A DNA stretch of 64,000 nucleotides from Thermoproteota archaeon (GTDB lineage Archaea; Korarchaeota; Korarchaeia; Korarchaeales; Korarchaeaceae), in contig JAOZFH010000018.1 in assembly GCA_027491415.1 (NCBI GenBank), positions 1 through 64,000 on the forward strand, in the 5' to 3' direction. Under the pieces are notes generated by a model. The model was not told the origin of the DNA. It did no database searches and worked only from the letters and a program-made list of their open reading frames with translations. The position numbers and the translations under genes were made by a program. Positions 29,170-37,743 of this stretch are shown piece by piece. Each line of letters begins with the position of its first letter. Positions within the stretch are counted from its first letter, which is position 1.

Positions 29170-30609
29170 TTGCCGCGGAGGCTGATGGCCCACCCAATTC
29201 TCGAGTTCGACAGGGGGAGAGAGGTCGAGTTCAACTTCGAGGGCAGGCGAATAAGGGCCTTTGAGTCGGAGAGCATCGCCGCAGCCCTTGTGGCCGAGGG
29301 GATCCTCACCCTGGGCTGGAGCCCAAAGAGGCGGAGACCAAGAGGGTTCTTCTGCGGAATCGGGAAGTGCTCCTCCTGCCTGATGACCGTGGACGGCGTT
29401 CCAAACGTCAGGACGTGCATCACACCCGTGAGGGACGGCGTGGAGGTCCGGAGGCAGCGCCCCCTCGGCGAACTCCCAAAGGCCCCCCCTCCCGAGGCCA
29501 AGGCCGGCGAGCTGGACGTCGACCTCCTGGTGATAGGCGGCGGCCCGGCTGGGCTGTCTGCCGCCATAGAGGCGTCCAGGCTCGGGGCCAGGGTGGCCAT
29601 CGCAGACGAGAACGTGAGGCCCGGCGGGCAGCTGATCAAGCAGACCCACAAGTTCTTCGGGTCGAGGGAGAACTACGCTGGCGTGAGGGGAATAGAGATA
29701 GCGAGGATCCTCCTCAGGGAGCTAGACGGGCTAAGCGCCACATGGCTCACCCGGGCGACCGTCATCGCCGATTACGCGGGTAGATCGCACGACGTCGTGG
29801 TGAGCACGCCCGAGGGGCCCTGGAGGATCAGGGCGGACGCGGTGGTGGTCTCCACCGGGGCCACGGAGAACATGATCCCCTTCCCGAACAACGACCTGCC
29901 GGGGGTGATGGGGGCTGGCGGGCTGCAGACGCTCATGCACGTCTTCGGGGTGGTGCCCGGGGAGAGCGCCCTGATCGTGGGCGCCGGAAACGTGGGACTC
30001 ATACTGGCCTACCAGCTCCTCCAGGCCGGGGTTGACGTCAAGGCGATCGTGGAGATAATGCCGAAGATCGGGGGCTACGCGGTGCACGCCGCCAAGGTCA
30101 GGAGGATGGGGGTCCCCATTCTCCTGAGGCATACCCTCAGGAGGGCGGTCGGGAGGGAGAGGGTGGAGGGGGCGGAGATAGTCCGGGTGGACGAGAGTTT
30201 CAGGCCCATCGAGGGCACCGAGGAGCGCTTCGACGTGGACATGATCGTGCTGGCGGTGGGACTCACGCCCTCCACGGAGGTACCCCGGCAGGCTGGGGCC
30301 GCGTGGGACTACGTGCCGGAGCTGGGAGGGCCCGTCCCGATACACGACCCTTACCTCAGAACCTCCGTGGAGGGTATGTACGTGGCTGGAGACTCCTCGG
30401 GCATTGAGGAGGCGACGACGGCCATGCTGGAGGGGAGGGTGGCGGGCGCGCACGCCGCCGCCGAGCTGGGACTGAGGCCTGACAGGGCCGAGGGGGTGAT
30501 CAAGGAGGCCCTTCGCCAGCTCGAGTCGTTCAGGAGCGGCCCGTTCAGCGCGAAGGTCGTGAGAGGCAAGCAGAGGGTGTGGGAGAGGGCCAGGGAGGTG
30601 ATCGGATGA
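29170..30609 (+). CDS. Proline dehydrogenase/sarcosine oxidase alpha-like subunit ([2Fe-2S] plus FAD/NAD domains)
   Basis: RGFFCGIGKCSSC..NVRTC, GGGPAGL, GGQLIKQTHKFFG, GAGNVG, VAGDSSGIEEA. Confidence 0.9.
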   Translation: MPRRLMAHPILEFDRGREVEFNFEGRRIRAFESESIAAALVAEGILTLGWSPKRRRPRGFFCGIGKCSSCLMTVDGVPNVRTCITPVRDGVEVRRQRPLGELPKAPPPEAKAGELDVDLLVIGGGPAGLSAAIEASRLGARVAIADENVRPGGQLIKQTHKFFGSRENYAGVRGIEIARILLRELDGLSATWLTRATVIADYAGRSHDVVVSTPEGPWRIRADAVVVSTGATENMIPFPNNDLPGVMGAGGLQTLMHVFGVVPGESALIVGAGNVGLILAYQLLQAGVDVKAIVEIMPKIGGYAVHAAKVRRMGVPILLRHTLRRAVGRERVEGAEIVRVDESFRPIEGTEERFDVDMIVLAVGLTPSTEVPRQAGAAWDYVPELGGPVPIHDPYLRTSVEGMYVAGDSSGIEEATTAMLEGRVAGAHAAAELGLRPDRAEGVIKEALRQLESFRSGPFSAKVVRGKQRVWERAREVIG

Positions 30610-31091
30610 GCGAGCCCGGCGTCATTCCGGAGGATGTGCTGGCCGAGCTCCTCCCGCCGGACGAGAAGGCCGAGGGAAGAGCCGTCGCGGTCATAGAGTG
30701 CCACGAGGAGATCCCATGCGACACCTGCAGGTGGGTGTGCCCCGTCAAGGCGGTCATCAAGCCCGCCATCACGACTCCGCCGAGGTGCGACTGGGACGCG
30801 TGCATCGGGTGCGGGACCTGCGTGCTGGCCTGCCCCGGGCTGGCGATCTTCATGGTGAAGCTCGACGGGGAGTGGGCCGAGGTGTCCGTCCCGTACGAGT
30901 TCCTCCCTGTCCCCAAGAGGGGGGAGGTCGTCTGGGCTCTGGACAGGGTGGGCAGGAGGGTGGCGACGGCCGAGGTGGTTAGGGCGGTGACGTCAAAGGA
31001 CAGGACCTCCATGGTCACGATCAGAGTACCGAGGGGGCTGGCCCACAGCGTGCGGGCAATCCTCCCGCCGGAGGAGGGGACGGAGGGGTGA
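30606..31091 (+). CDS. [4Fe-4S] ferredoxin subunit (PDH gamma-like)
   Basis: ECHEEIPCDTC..CP, CIGCGTCVLACPGLAIF, VPYEFLPVP. Confidence 0.88.
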   Translation: MSEPGVIPEDVLAELLPPDEKAEGRAVAVIECHEEIPCDTCRWVCPVKAVIKPAITTPPRCDWDACIGCGTCVLACPGLAIFMVKLDGEWAEVSVPYEFLPVPKRGEVVWALDRVGRRVATAEVVRAVTSKDRTSMVTIRVPRGLAHSVRAILPPEEGTEG

Positions 31092-31098
31092 TGGTGGG

Positions 31099-31416
31099 TT
31101 GGCGGGCGAGGACGAGGTGACGATATGCAGGTGCGAGGATGTTACGATGGCTGAGGTCCTGGAGGCGATCAGGGTCCACGGCGCCAGGACGCTCGACGAG
31201 CTGAAGCGAATACTGAGGATCGGGATGGGGCCGTGCCAGGGGAGGACCTGCCTGAGGCTGGCCGCCGGGGTCTTGGCGAGGGAGCTGGGGGTCCCCGCCT
31301 CAGAGGTCATGCGAGAGCTCCCGAGGGTCAGGCCCCCCATAGTGCCCGTCCCCATTGGACACCTGGTCCTGCTTGGGACCGGAGGGCGCGAGCCCAAGGG
31401 AGGGGGTGATCCGTGA
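31099..31416 (+). CDS. BFD-like [2Fe-2S] subunit (PDH delta-like)
   Basis: ICRCEDVT, ELKRILRIGMGPCQGRTC, RPP. Confidence 0.9.
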   Translation: MAGEDEVTICRCEDVTMAEVLEAIRVHGARTLDELKRILRIGMGPCQGRTCLRLAAGVLARELGVPASEVMRELPRVRPPIVPVPIGHLVLLGTGGREPKGGGDP

Positions 31417-32570
31417 GGCGGCCGAGGGAGAGTTACGACGTCGCCGTGATTGGGGCGGGGATAATCGGCTGCGCGACCGCCTACTACCTCGCCAGCAGGG
31501 GACTGAGCGTTGCGGTCTTCGACCGCTCCTACATAACCTCGGGGGCGACAGGCCGCTGTCCTGGCGGGATAAGGCAGCAGTGGTCCACCGAGGATCATGT
31601 CAGACTGGCGATGAAGAGCGTCGAGATCTACAAGAACCTCGACCAGGAGCTGGGCGTTGAGACCGGATATAGGCAGGGCGGGTACTTGATCCTGGCGAAG
31701 ACCGAGCGGGAGGTCAAGGACTTCGAGAGGAACATGAGGATGCAGAGGTCACTCGGCCTCCCCGTCAGGTGGCTGGAGCCCGGGGAAATTCGGGAGATAG
31801 TGCCCGAGCTGGACGTCGAGGGTATAGGGGCCCTTGGGGCGGCCTGGAATCCGACAGACGGGTACGCGGATCCTTTCAAGGTCACGTTCGGCTATGCGAG
31901 GGCCGCCGAGAGGCTGGGGGCCGAGATATTCACCTTCACGGGGGTGGAGAGGGTAATCGTGGAGGACGGCCAGGCCAGGGGCGTCAAGACCTCCAGGGGA
32001 GTAGTCAGGGCGGAGTGGGTCGTCAACGCGGCCGGAGCCTGGTCAAGGCTGGTCGCCGAGACGGCTGGGGTCAGTCTGCCCAACAAGCCCTACAGGCACG
32101 AGATACTGGTCACCGAACCAGTCAAGCCCTTCCTGAGGCCAATGGTGATCTCCTTCCACGACAACGTCTACTTCAGACAGTCCTCCCGGGGCGGGATAAT
32201 CGGCGGCTGGGGAGACCCTAACGAGAAGCCGGGATACAACTTCGAGTCCAGCCCTAGGTTCCTGATCACCATGGCGAGACTCCTGGCCAAGTACATCCCT
32301 CCGCTGAGGGGGGTGAGGGTCGTCAGACAGTGGGCGGGTCTGTACGACGTCACCCCGGACGCGCGTCAGATCACGGGCCCTGTTAGGGGCGTTGAGGGCT
32401 TCATACAGGTCAACGGCTTCAGCGGGCACGGATTCATGATGGGCCCGGCCACAGCCCACCTGGTGGCCCAGTTCATAGCAGGGGAACCCCTTGACCTCCC
32501 ACTGGAGCCGTTCTCGCCCGACAGATTTGAGAGAGGCGCGTTCGAGGGTGAAACGGCGGTGGTGGGGTAG
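31413..32570 (+). CDS. FAD-dependent amino acid dehydrogenase (PDH beta/DadA/SoxB family)
   Basis: VIGAGIIG, GATGRCPGGIRQQ, VNAAGAWS, RQWAGLYDVTPD, GFSGHGFMMGP. Confidence 0.92.
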   Translation: MRRPRESYDVAVIGAGIIGCATAYYLASRGLSVAVFDRSYITSGATGRCPGGIRQQWSTEDHVRLAMKSVEIYKNLDQELGVETGYRQGGYLILAKTEREVKDFERNMRMQRSLGLPVRWLEPGEIREIVPELDVEGIGALGAAWNPTDGYADPFKVTFGYARAAERLGAEIFTFTGVERVIVEDGQARGVKTSRGVVRAEWVVNAAGAWSRLVAETAGVSLPNKPYRHEILVTEPVKPFLRPMVISFHDNVYFRQSSRGGIIGGWGDPNEKPGYNFESSPRFLITMARLLAKYIPPLRGVRVVRQWAGLYDVTPDARQITGPVRGVEGFIQVNGFSGHGFMMGPATAHLVAQFIAGEPLDLPLEPFSPDRFERGAFEGETAVVG

Positions 32571-32595
32571 GCGACCTCCCGCGCTGGGCGCGAGG

Positions 32596-33414
32596 CTACT
32601 CGAGGTGCTTGGCTATCGCCCTCAGGAGGTCCATCTCAGTCACTATGCCGACGAGCCGCCCCGCCGTCACCACCGGTAGCGCGCCTACCCCGGCCTCGGT
32701 GGTCCTCCTGACGGCGGCCATCACCCCGAACTGGGGGCTCACGGTCAGAGGATTCTTGGTCATGACCCTCTCCACAGGACCAAAGAAGGAGTCGGCGGCC
32801 GAGACATCCTCCTCGCACCCCGAAGCCAGGGCCACGAGATCCCGCGCCGTCACTATGCCGAGGAGTTTGCCGCCCTCGTCCACCACGGGGTACCTCCTGA
32901 ACCCGCCCTCGACCATGCCCCTGACGGCCATGTAAACCGGGTCGCCGGGCTTCAGGGTTCTCACATCCCGGGTCATGATCTCTTCGACGCTCTCCCGGAC
33001 CTCTACAGAGTCTTTTAGGGCGTTGAGGAGGTCCCTCTCGGTAACTATGCCTAGCAGCCTTCCACTCTCGTCAACCACCAGCGCGGCTCCCGCGTCGGTC
33101 GACAGCACGGTCTCCAGCACATCCTTTATCGGGGCATAGGGGTCGACGACGGCGGGAGGGGCGTGGAGGACGCTCTTTAGGGGTTTTCTAAGGGCCTCTA
33201 TTACGCAGGAGCGACCTGCGTCCGGTCTGATGGCCTCCGAGATGGCCTTCAACACGTCTCTGGCCGTCACGAGCCCGATCACTCGGCCCTCCTCCAGCAC
33301 CGGCAGGCGCCGGAACCACCCCCTCGTCATCACCTTGGCTGCCTTCAGAATAGCGTCTTCAGGTCGGGCGGTGACTACTGAGAGCGTGGAGATCTCTATA
33401 GCCTTCCTCTTCAG
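32596..33414 (-). CDS. Four-CBS-domain protein (start uncertain; probable CTG at 33414)
   Basis: FRRLPV..GLVTARD, GIVTERD, FRRYPVV..GIVTARD, GALPVV..GIVTEMD; the open frame upstream of GTG 33333 supplies the first CBS strand VVTARPEDAILKAAKVM. Confidence 0.88.
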   Translation of the reverse strand: MKRKAIEISTLSVVTARPEDAILKAAKVMTRGWFRRLPVLEEGRVIGLVTARDVLKAISEAIRPDAGRSCVIEALRKPLKSVLHAPPAVVDPYAPIKDVLETVLSTDAGAALVVDESGRLLGIVTERDLLNALKDSVEVRESVEEIMTRDVRTLKPGDPVYMAVRGMVEGGFRRYPVVDEGGKLLGIVTARDLVALASGCEEDVSAADSFFGPVERVMTKNPLTVSPQFGVMAAVRRTTEAGVGALPVVTAGRLVGIVTEMDLLRAIAKHLE

Positions 33415-33502
33415 CCCAAGACCCCCGGGGATGGGCGCGCCGCCAATTTGTTTAAAACATTCACACTAATCGCGTAGAGACTGCCCTCAATGTCCAAAGA
33501 TC

Positions 33503-33802
33503 TCATGGGAACATTGGCTCGGCCCTCTGAGCCTCGCGGTTCCACACCATGAGCTTATCCCCCTTTTTCTCCCTTGGAATAACCATTAGGCGCCTGTTGG
33601 CTTGCTTCAGGGGGAGAATGAAGTACTCTTCCACCGCCCCGTCGTCTCCGATGAGCACGAGCTTGTACTTGTCCTCCGTCCTCTCCATGGTCTCCGGGTC
33701 CAGATACTCAATCAGGGCAAACTTACCCCTCCTGACTAGGGCTCTCACCTCCACCCTACCCTTTTTGGAGACGGTCAACACTTCTTCGGGGAACTCGGGC
33801 AT
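33503..33802 (-). CDS. Hypothetical protein
   Basis: 99-aa ORF MPEFPEEVLTV.. with host-like codon use. Confidence 0.65.
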   Translation of the reverse strand: MPEFPEEVLTVSKKGRVEVRALVRRGKFALIEYLDPETMERTEDKYKLVLIGDDGAVEEYFILPLKQANRRLMVIPREKKGDKLMVWNREAQRAEPMFP

Positions 33803-34004
33803 CCTTGATCGGGCGGGTCTTCCGCCCGCAAAAAACGTTTCACCAGGCAGATAGACCGCCCCCACGACCCGCTCGAAAAGGCTCGCTTGGTTCGCATCCC
33901 TCGTCATCGTCGTCCTCGGACCTCTCGGTATGGTGGGGGGTAGAGAAACCTCGGTTTCGCTAGGGTGAAGCGAGGTATAAAGGTCGTTTCGCCATTACGT
34001 CGAC

Positions 34005-35360
34005 TTGATGGCCGCGCTAGGGCCCTGGAGGGCCGCCGCTGGGGCGATGCTGCTAGCGATGACTTTGGGCTACCTTCTGTCTCAAGGCGATCTGAGGCTC
34101 GTCGGACCACCCACGGCTCCTGTGCAGGGGTATTTGGCTGGGAAGTTGTGCGGCAGGCTGCCCGACGGCCGCACCGTTGGGGCGTTGGTGGATCTGAGGA
34201 TCGAGGACTTGGCCCTCTCGCAGGTGTTCAAGACGGGATGGCCCGCGTACGTCTCCGTAAAGCTGTGGGGAAAGCTGGACAACTCGGAGATCGGGGAGTC
34301 CCTCGGCTTGGATTCGAGGGCTGTAGTCAAAATGTCGGGGGGAGGATTTGAGACCTGCTATCTAGGGGACCGCGATATCGAGGTGGCGAGGTTTCACGTA
34401 CACCTCCACCCCCGTACCGAGGACGAGCTGATGGGCGGTGGGGAAGTCGGGGCCCTGGGGAGAGGTGTAGATGTGATCGTCGGGCAGATCGGCTACACCC
34501 TAAGACTCACGGACGGCGACGGGAGGGAGGTCTGGAGGTTGGACGCCCGCCCTCCCTTGTTTGAGGGCTCCTGGGTGGATTACTCTCCCGGGTACGACTT
34601 CACAACGTGGAGCTGGCGAAGGTGGGGCTGGTTCCTGGTGCCCGACCTCCAACCCGGCAACTACACACTTGTGGTTGTAGTGATAGATCTGCTCACCAAC
34701 CTCACGGCCAGGGCGACTAGGCCCGTGGAGGTTGCGCCAGGCGAGGACCCCAGATCCATCTTCAGACCCGAGCCCATCGGGATAGAGGGGGGCAAGGCAG
34801 CTCGTCGCGGGTTCCTGAGGCAGGCAGCCCTGTTGGGTTGGGGGACGTGTTGGACGTCGGAGGGGATGCTTTGGGATGTCCAAGTCGGCCTCACGGGTGA
34901 CCCGAGGCCAGCGTGGGCGTGGAGGGCGACCCTGATCTCCATGGCGGAGGGCAGGCCTCGCGTGGTCTTCGCGTCGATGTGGATACTCTCCGACGAAGGG
35001 CGAGCCTCCAGGTGGATGCTCTCCCTCCACCAACGCGGGTCTGAGTACGTAGAGGAGCTGAGGGGTCTAGGCAGTGAGGCCGTGATCCTGCGTGACCCCA
35101 GAAGCACCTTTAAGGACCCGGAGACGGGAGAGGTGGTGACGACCGGGGCGAGCGTCGAACTGGTGTTCAGGAAGGGTAACGTCGTCGTGAGCCTGTACTC
35201 CGAAGAGTTCAACCTCACCCCCCAGGCGCCAGCTCGGGGGATCTGCTCGTTGCGGGCCGACCGAGCAGTGGAGACCGCCCTGCCGTACGATGCGGAACTC
35301 CTAGCGCTGGCTGAGGCGATGGACTCAGCCCTCTCGAAGACTGCTGGATCAGGTGGGTAG
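34005..35360 (+). CDS. Hypothetical exported or membrane-anchored protein with an Ig-like segment
   Basis: N-terminal hydrophobic helix; LQPGNYTLVVVVIDLLT beta-sandwich motif. Confidence 0.7.
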   Translation: MMAALGPWRAAAGAMLLAMTLGYLLSQGDLRLVGPPTAPVQGYLAGKLCGRLPDGRTVGALVDLRIEDLALSQVFKTGWPAYVSVKLWGKLDNSEIGESLGLDSRAVVKMSGGGFETCYLGDRDIEVARFHVHLHPRTEDELMGGGEVGALGRGVDVIVGQIGYTLRLTDGDGREVWRLDARPPLFEGSWVDYSPGYDFTTWSWRRWGWFLVPDLQPGNYTLVVVVIDLLTNLTARATRPVEVAPGEDPRSIFRPEPIGIEGGKAARRGFLRQAALLGWGTCWTSEGMLWDVQVGLTGDPRPAWAWRATLISMAEGRPRVVFASMWILSDEGRASRWMLSLHQRGSEYVEELRGLGSEAVILRDPRSTFKDPETGEVVTTGASVELVFRKGNVVVSLYSEEFNLTPQAPARGICSLRADRAVETALPYDAELLALAEAMDSALSKTAGSGG

Positions 35361-35880
35361 GTTGAAGCCTAGTGCCCGGAAAGGCCTGACTCTGGCCGCC
35401 CTATTTGCCTCCATGTTGGCTCTCACGAATCTGCTCGTAAAGAGGGAGACCCTCGTGATCTTGATGCCCGGTGGCGACAGGCTCGTGGTGACTAGCCCAC
35501 TAATGTACAGCCTCGGGGAGACTCTCCTCATATCTGCCGCGTCGGCCGCGGCCGGATTCTCTTTGGCCCTTCTCCTAGCTGGGAAGGGGGGTAACTCCGC
35601 CGGCCCTGAATTCCGGGGGCTGACTCGGAGCCCGAGTGCGGAGGAAGTGTTGAGGATGCTTGACCCCAGGGACAGGGAGATAGTCAGGTTCCTCATTAGG
35701 AAGGGAGGTGAGGCGCTCCAGCGGGAGGTGTGGGCGGAACTCGGGATGAGCAGAGTGACTGCGTCAAGGAGGCTGGACTCTCTGGAGGAGAGGGGGGTCG
35801 TGGTCAGGGAGAGGGTGGGGGGAACATACAGGGTCAGGCTGAATGACTGGCTCAGGAGGCTCGCGTCGGTGGGAGGCTGA
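35353..35880 (+). CDS. Membrane-anchored MarR-like HTH regulator
   Basis: Two TM helices, then LDPRDREIV..ALQREV..LGMSRVTASRRLDSLEERGVV. Confidence 0.85.
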   Translation: MGRLKPSARKGLTLAALFASMLALTNLLVKRETLVILMPGGDRLVVTSPLMYSLGETLLISAASAAAGFSLALLLAGKGGNSAGPEFRGLTRSPSAEEVLRMLDPRDREIVRFLIRKGGEALQREVWAELGMSRVTASRRLDSLEERGVVVRERVGGTYRVRLNDWLRRLASVGG

Positions 35881-35935
35881 ACTACCACGCCGCTTCCCGA
35901 CCCGCCCTTTGAGCAACGCCGAACGAGGCCGGATG

Positions 35936-36691
35936 TTAAGGCGAGAGCGCTTCGACCGCGGCCTTCGCGAGCGCCCTCCGAGACCTGTCTACCTTGCGCG
36001 ATGAGAACCTCGCCCTCCAGACCCCCTCGAACAGCTCGTCGGTAATCGCTAGCCCGGCCGCCAGCCTGACCCCCCTGAACTCCGCCACCGCCATCAGGGC
36101 AGAGCACTCCATCTCAACCGCCAGGGCCCCGAGCAGAGAGTACCTTCGAACCTTTCCGACGGTCTCGCGAAACGGCGAGTCGGTGGTCCAGACCCCGCCC
36201 CTCAGCACCCTTACGCCCGACCCTCCGAGCGAGGATTCCAGGGCCTCGATCATCTCTGGGTCGGCGAGGGGGATCCTCTCAGGCGGCAGGTAGTGATAGC
36301 TCGTCCCCTCCTCCCTGATGGCCCACTCCGGCAGCACCACGTCCCCAATCCCAACATCGGGTGATATGGAGCCCGCCTCTCCCAGGACCAAGATCCTCTT
36401 CGCCCCACTTGCTGCCAGGACCTCCAGCAGCATTGCGGCCGCCGGCGCCCCGAAGTAGGCCAGCAGAAATGGGATGCCCTCGAAGTGGAACCTCTCCAAG
36501 CACCCGGCCGCCCGGCACCTCTCCGGGGTCGCCCCGAGGGTCTCGGCGGCGAGCCTAAAGATCCTGGGGGTCAGGGCGATGACGGCCGAACCTCCCCCCA
36601 GCCAGTCAACCCTCAGCTCGTATGGGTCTATTATAGGCTCGTCCCCCTCCGCCGGCAGGAAGTCGAGGACCGGCACACCCGTCGGATCCAA
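35936..36691 (-). CDS. Nucleoside phosphorylase (PNP/UDP family)
   Basis: GAPAAA..LE, GEAGSI, REEGTSYHY, WTTDSPFRET, VEMECSAL. Confidence 0.9.
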   Translation of the reverse strand: MDPTGVPVLDFLPAEGDEPIIDPYELRVDWLGGGSAVIALTPRIFRLAAETLGATPERCRAAGCLERFHFEGIPFLLAYFGAPAAAMLLEVLAASGAKRILVLGEAGSISPDVGIGDVVLPEWAIREEGTSYHYLPPERIPLADPEMIEALESSLGGSGVRVLRGGVWTTDSPFRETVGKVRRYSLLGALAVEMECSALMAVAEFRGVRLAAGLAITDELFEGVWRARFSSRKVDRSRRALAKAAVEALSP

Positions 36692-36719
36692 TCGGCCGGC
36701 TATTAAGGCCTCTCAGTGT

Positions 36720-37616
36720 TCAGACGAGCCTTAGAATCTTGGCGAGGGCCGTCTTCAGGAGTCCCTTGAGGAACGCCCTGCCCATGTTAGAGACCGGGGC
36801 CGTAACCGTGGAGTACCTGGCGTCGTCGCTCAGCGTCACCGGCGCCCCCCTGACGAGCACCGCAGGGATTCCCTCGGACCCCTGCCCCATGAGGAGGGCG
36901 GCCGCTGCCGCGAGCTCGTCGGCCACGAGGTCCACGCCCCCGAACTTGGGCTTCCCATAGAGGTCCGGCTCTCCGAAAGACCTCCTCACGGGGTCGATTC
37001 CGGAGACACCCACGGCCCAGTCCACGGAGCCCATCCTGAACGGCGCGAAGTCCGTGTCCGAGATCACCACGCCGACCCTGGCCCCCGTCAGCTCCCTGAT
37101 GCGCTCCGCTATCTCCCGGGCCTCGGCGTCTGGGTCGGGGGGAGGGAGCGCGGCCACACCCTCCGGGCAGTTGGACCAGTCGATCCCTGCGTCCGTGATC
37201 ACGACTCCGGCCACCTCGGCCAGTATCGTCCCCCCCTCCTCCTCGACCATAGCCCTCGCCGCCTCCGGGTCCGGGGAGAACTCCTCCGGGAAGCCGGTCC
37301 CCCTGCTTGCCTCCGAGAAGGGAAGTATCAGCACGATCCTCCCGACGCTCCTGACGAGTTCCACGAGCCAGGCCGGCCTGCCCGCTATCCTGGCCAAGAT
37401 CCTGGACTTGAGGGAAGGCTTCACGTCAGAGATCCGCACCAAGTGGCCCTTCGCCTTGGAGACCACCTTGCTGGCTACCACCAGCACGTCGCCGTCACTG
37501 AGCTCGATTCCCATGGAATCGATCGCGGAGAGGATCACACTCGGGAGATCGTCTCCCTGCCTGAGTTCCGGGAGCCTCAACCCAATTAACTCAATCCTCC
37601 CACCCGGATTAGACAT
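36720..37616 (-). CDS. CofE-like (F420-0:glutamyl ligase fold) protein, copy 1
   Basis: GDDL, DGDVLVVASKVVSKA, AGIDWSN, VGVVISDT, VADELAAAAALLMGQ..EGIPAVLVRG. Confidence 0.85.
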   Translation of the reverse strand: MSNPGGRIELIGLRLPELRQGDDLPSVILSAIDSMGIELSDGDVLVVASKVVSKAKGHLVRISDVKPSLKSRILARIAGRPAWLVELVRSVGRIVLILPFSEASRGTGFPEEFSPDPEAARAMVEEEGGTILAEVAGVVITDAGIDWSNCPEGVAALPPPDPDAEAREIAERIRELTGARVGVVISDTDFAPFRMGSVDWAVGVSGIDPVRRSFGEPDLYGKPKFGGVDLVADELAAAAALLMGQGSEGIPAVLVRGAPVTLSDDARYSTVTAPVSNMGRAFLKGLLKTALAKILRLV

Positions 37617-37743
37617 GAAATATCCTCCCCCCTGATCAGACGCCAAGACTATTAGCTGGTTTGCCTTCTACATACAAGCGTTCGTGGTGTTCGGCTCTCA
37701 CTATGAATGAACCTGACGAGTCGAAGGGGAGCGCGGGAGGAGG

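Noticed and set aside
29170-32570. Four-gene flavoprotein cluster as a new system
   Set aside because: Gene order and motifs match the known alpha-gamma-delta-beta dye-linked L-proline dehydrogenase type of Thermococcales
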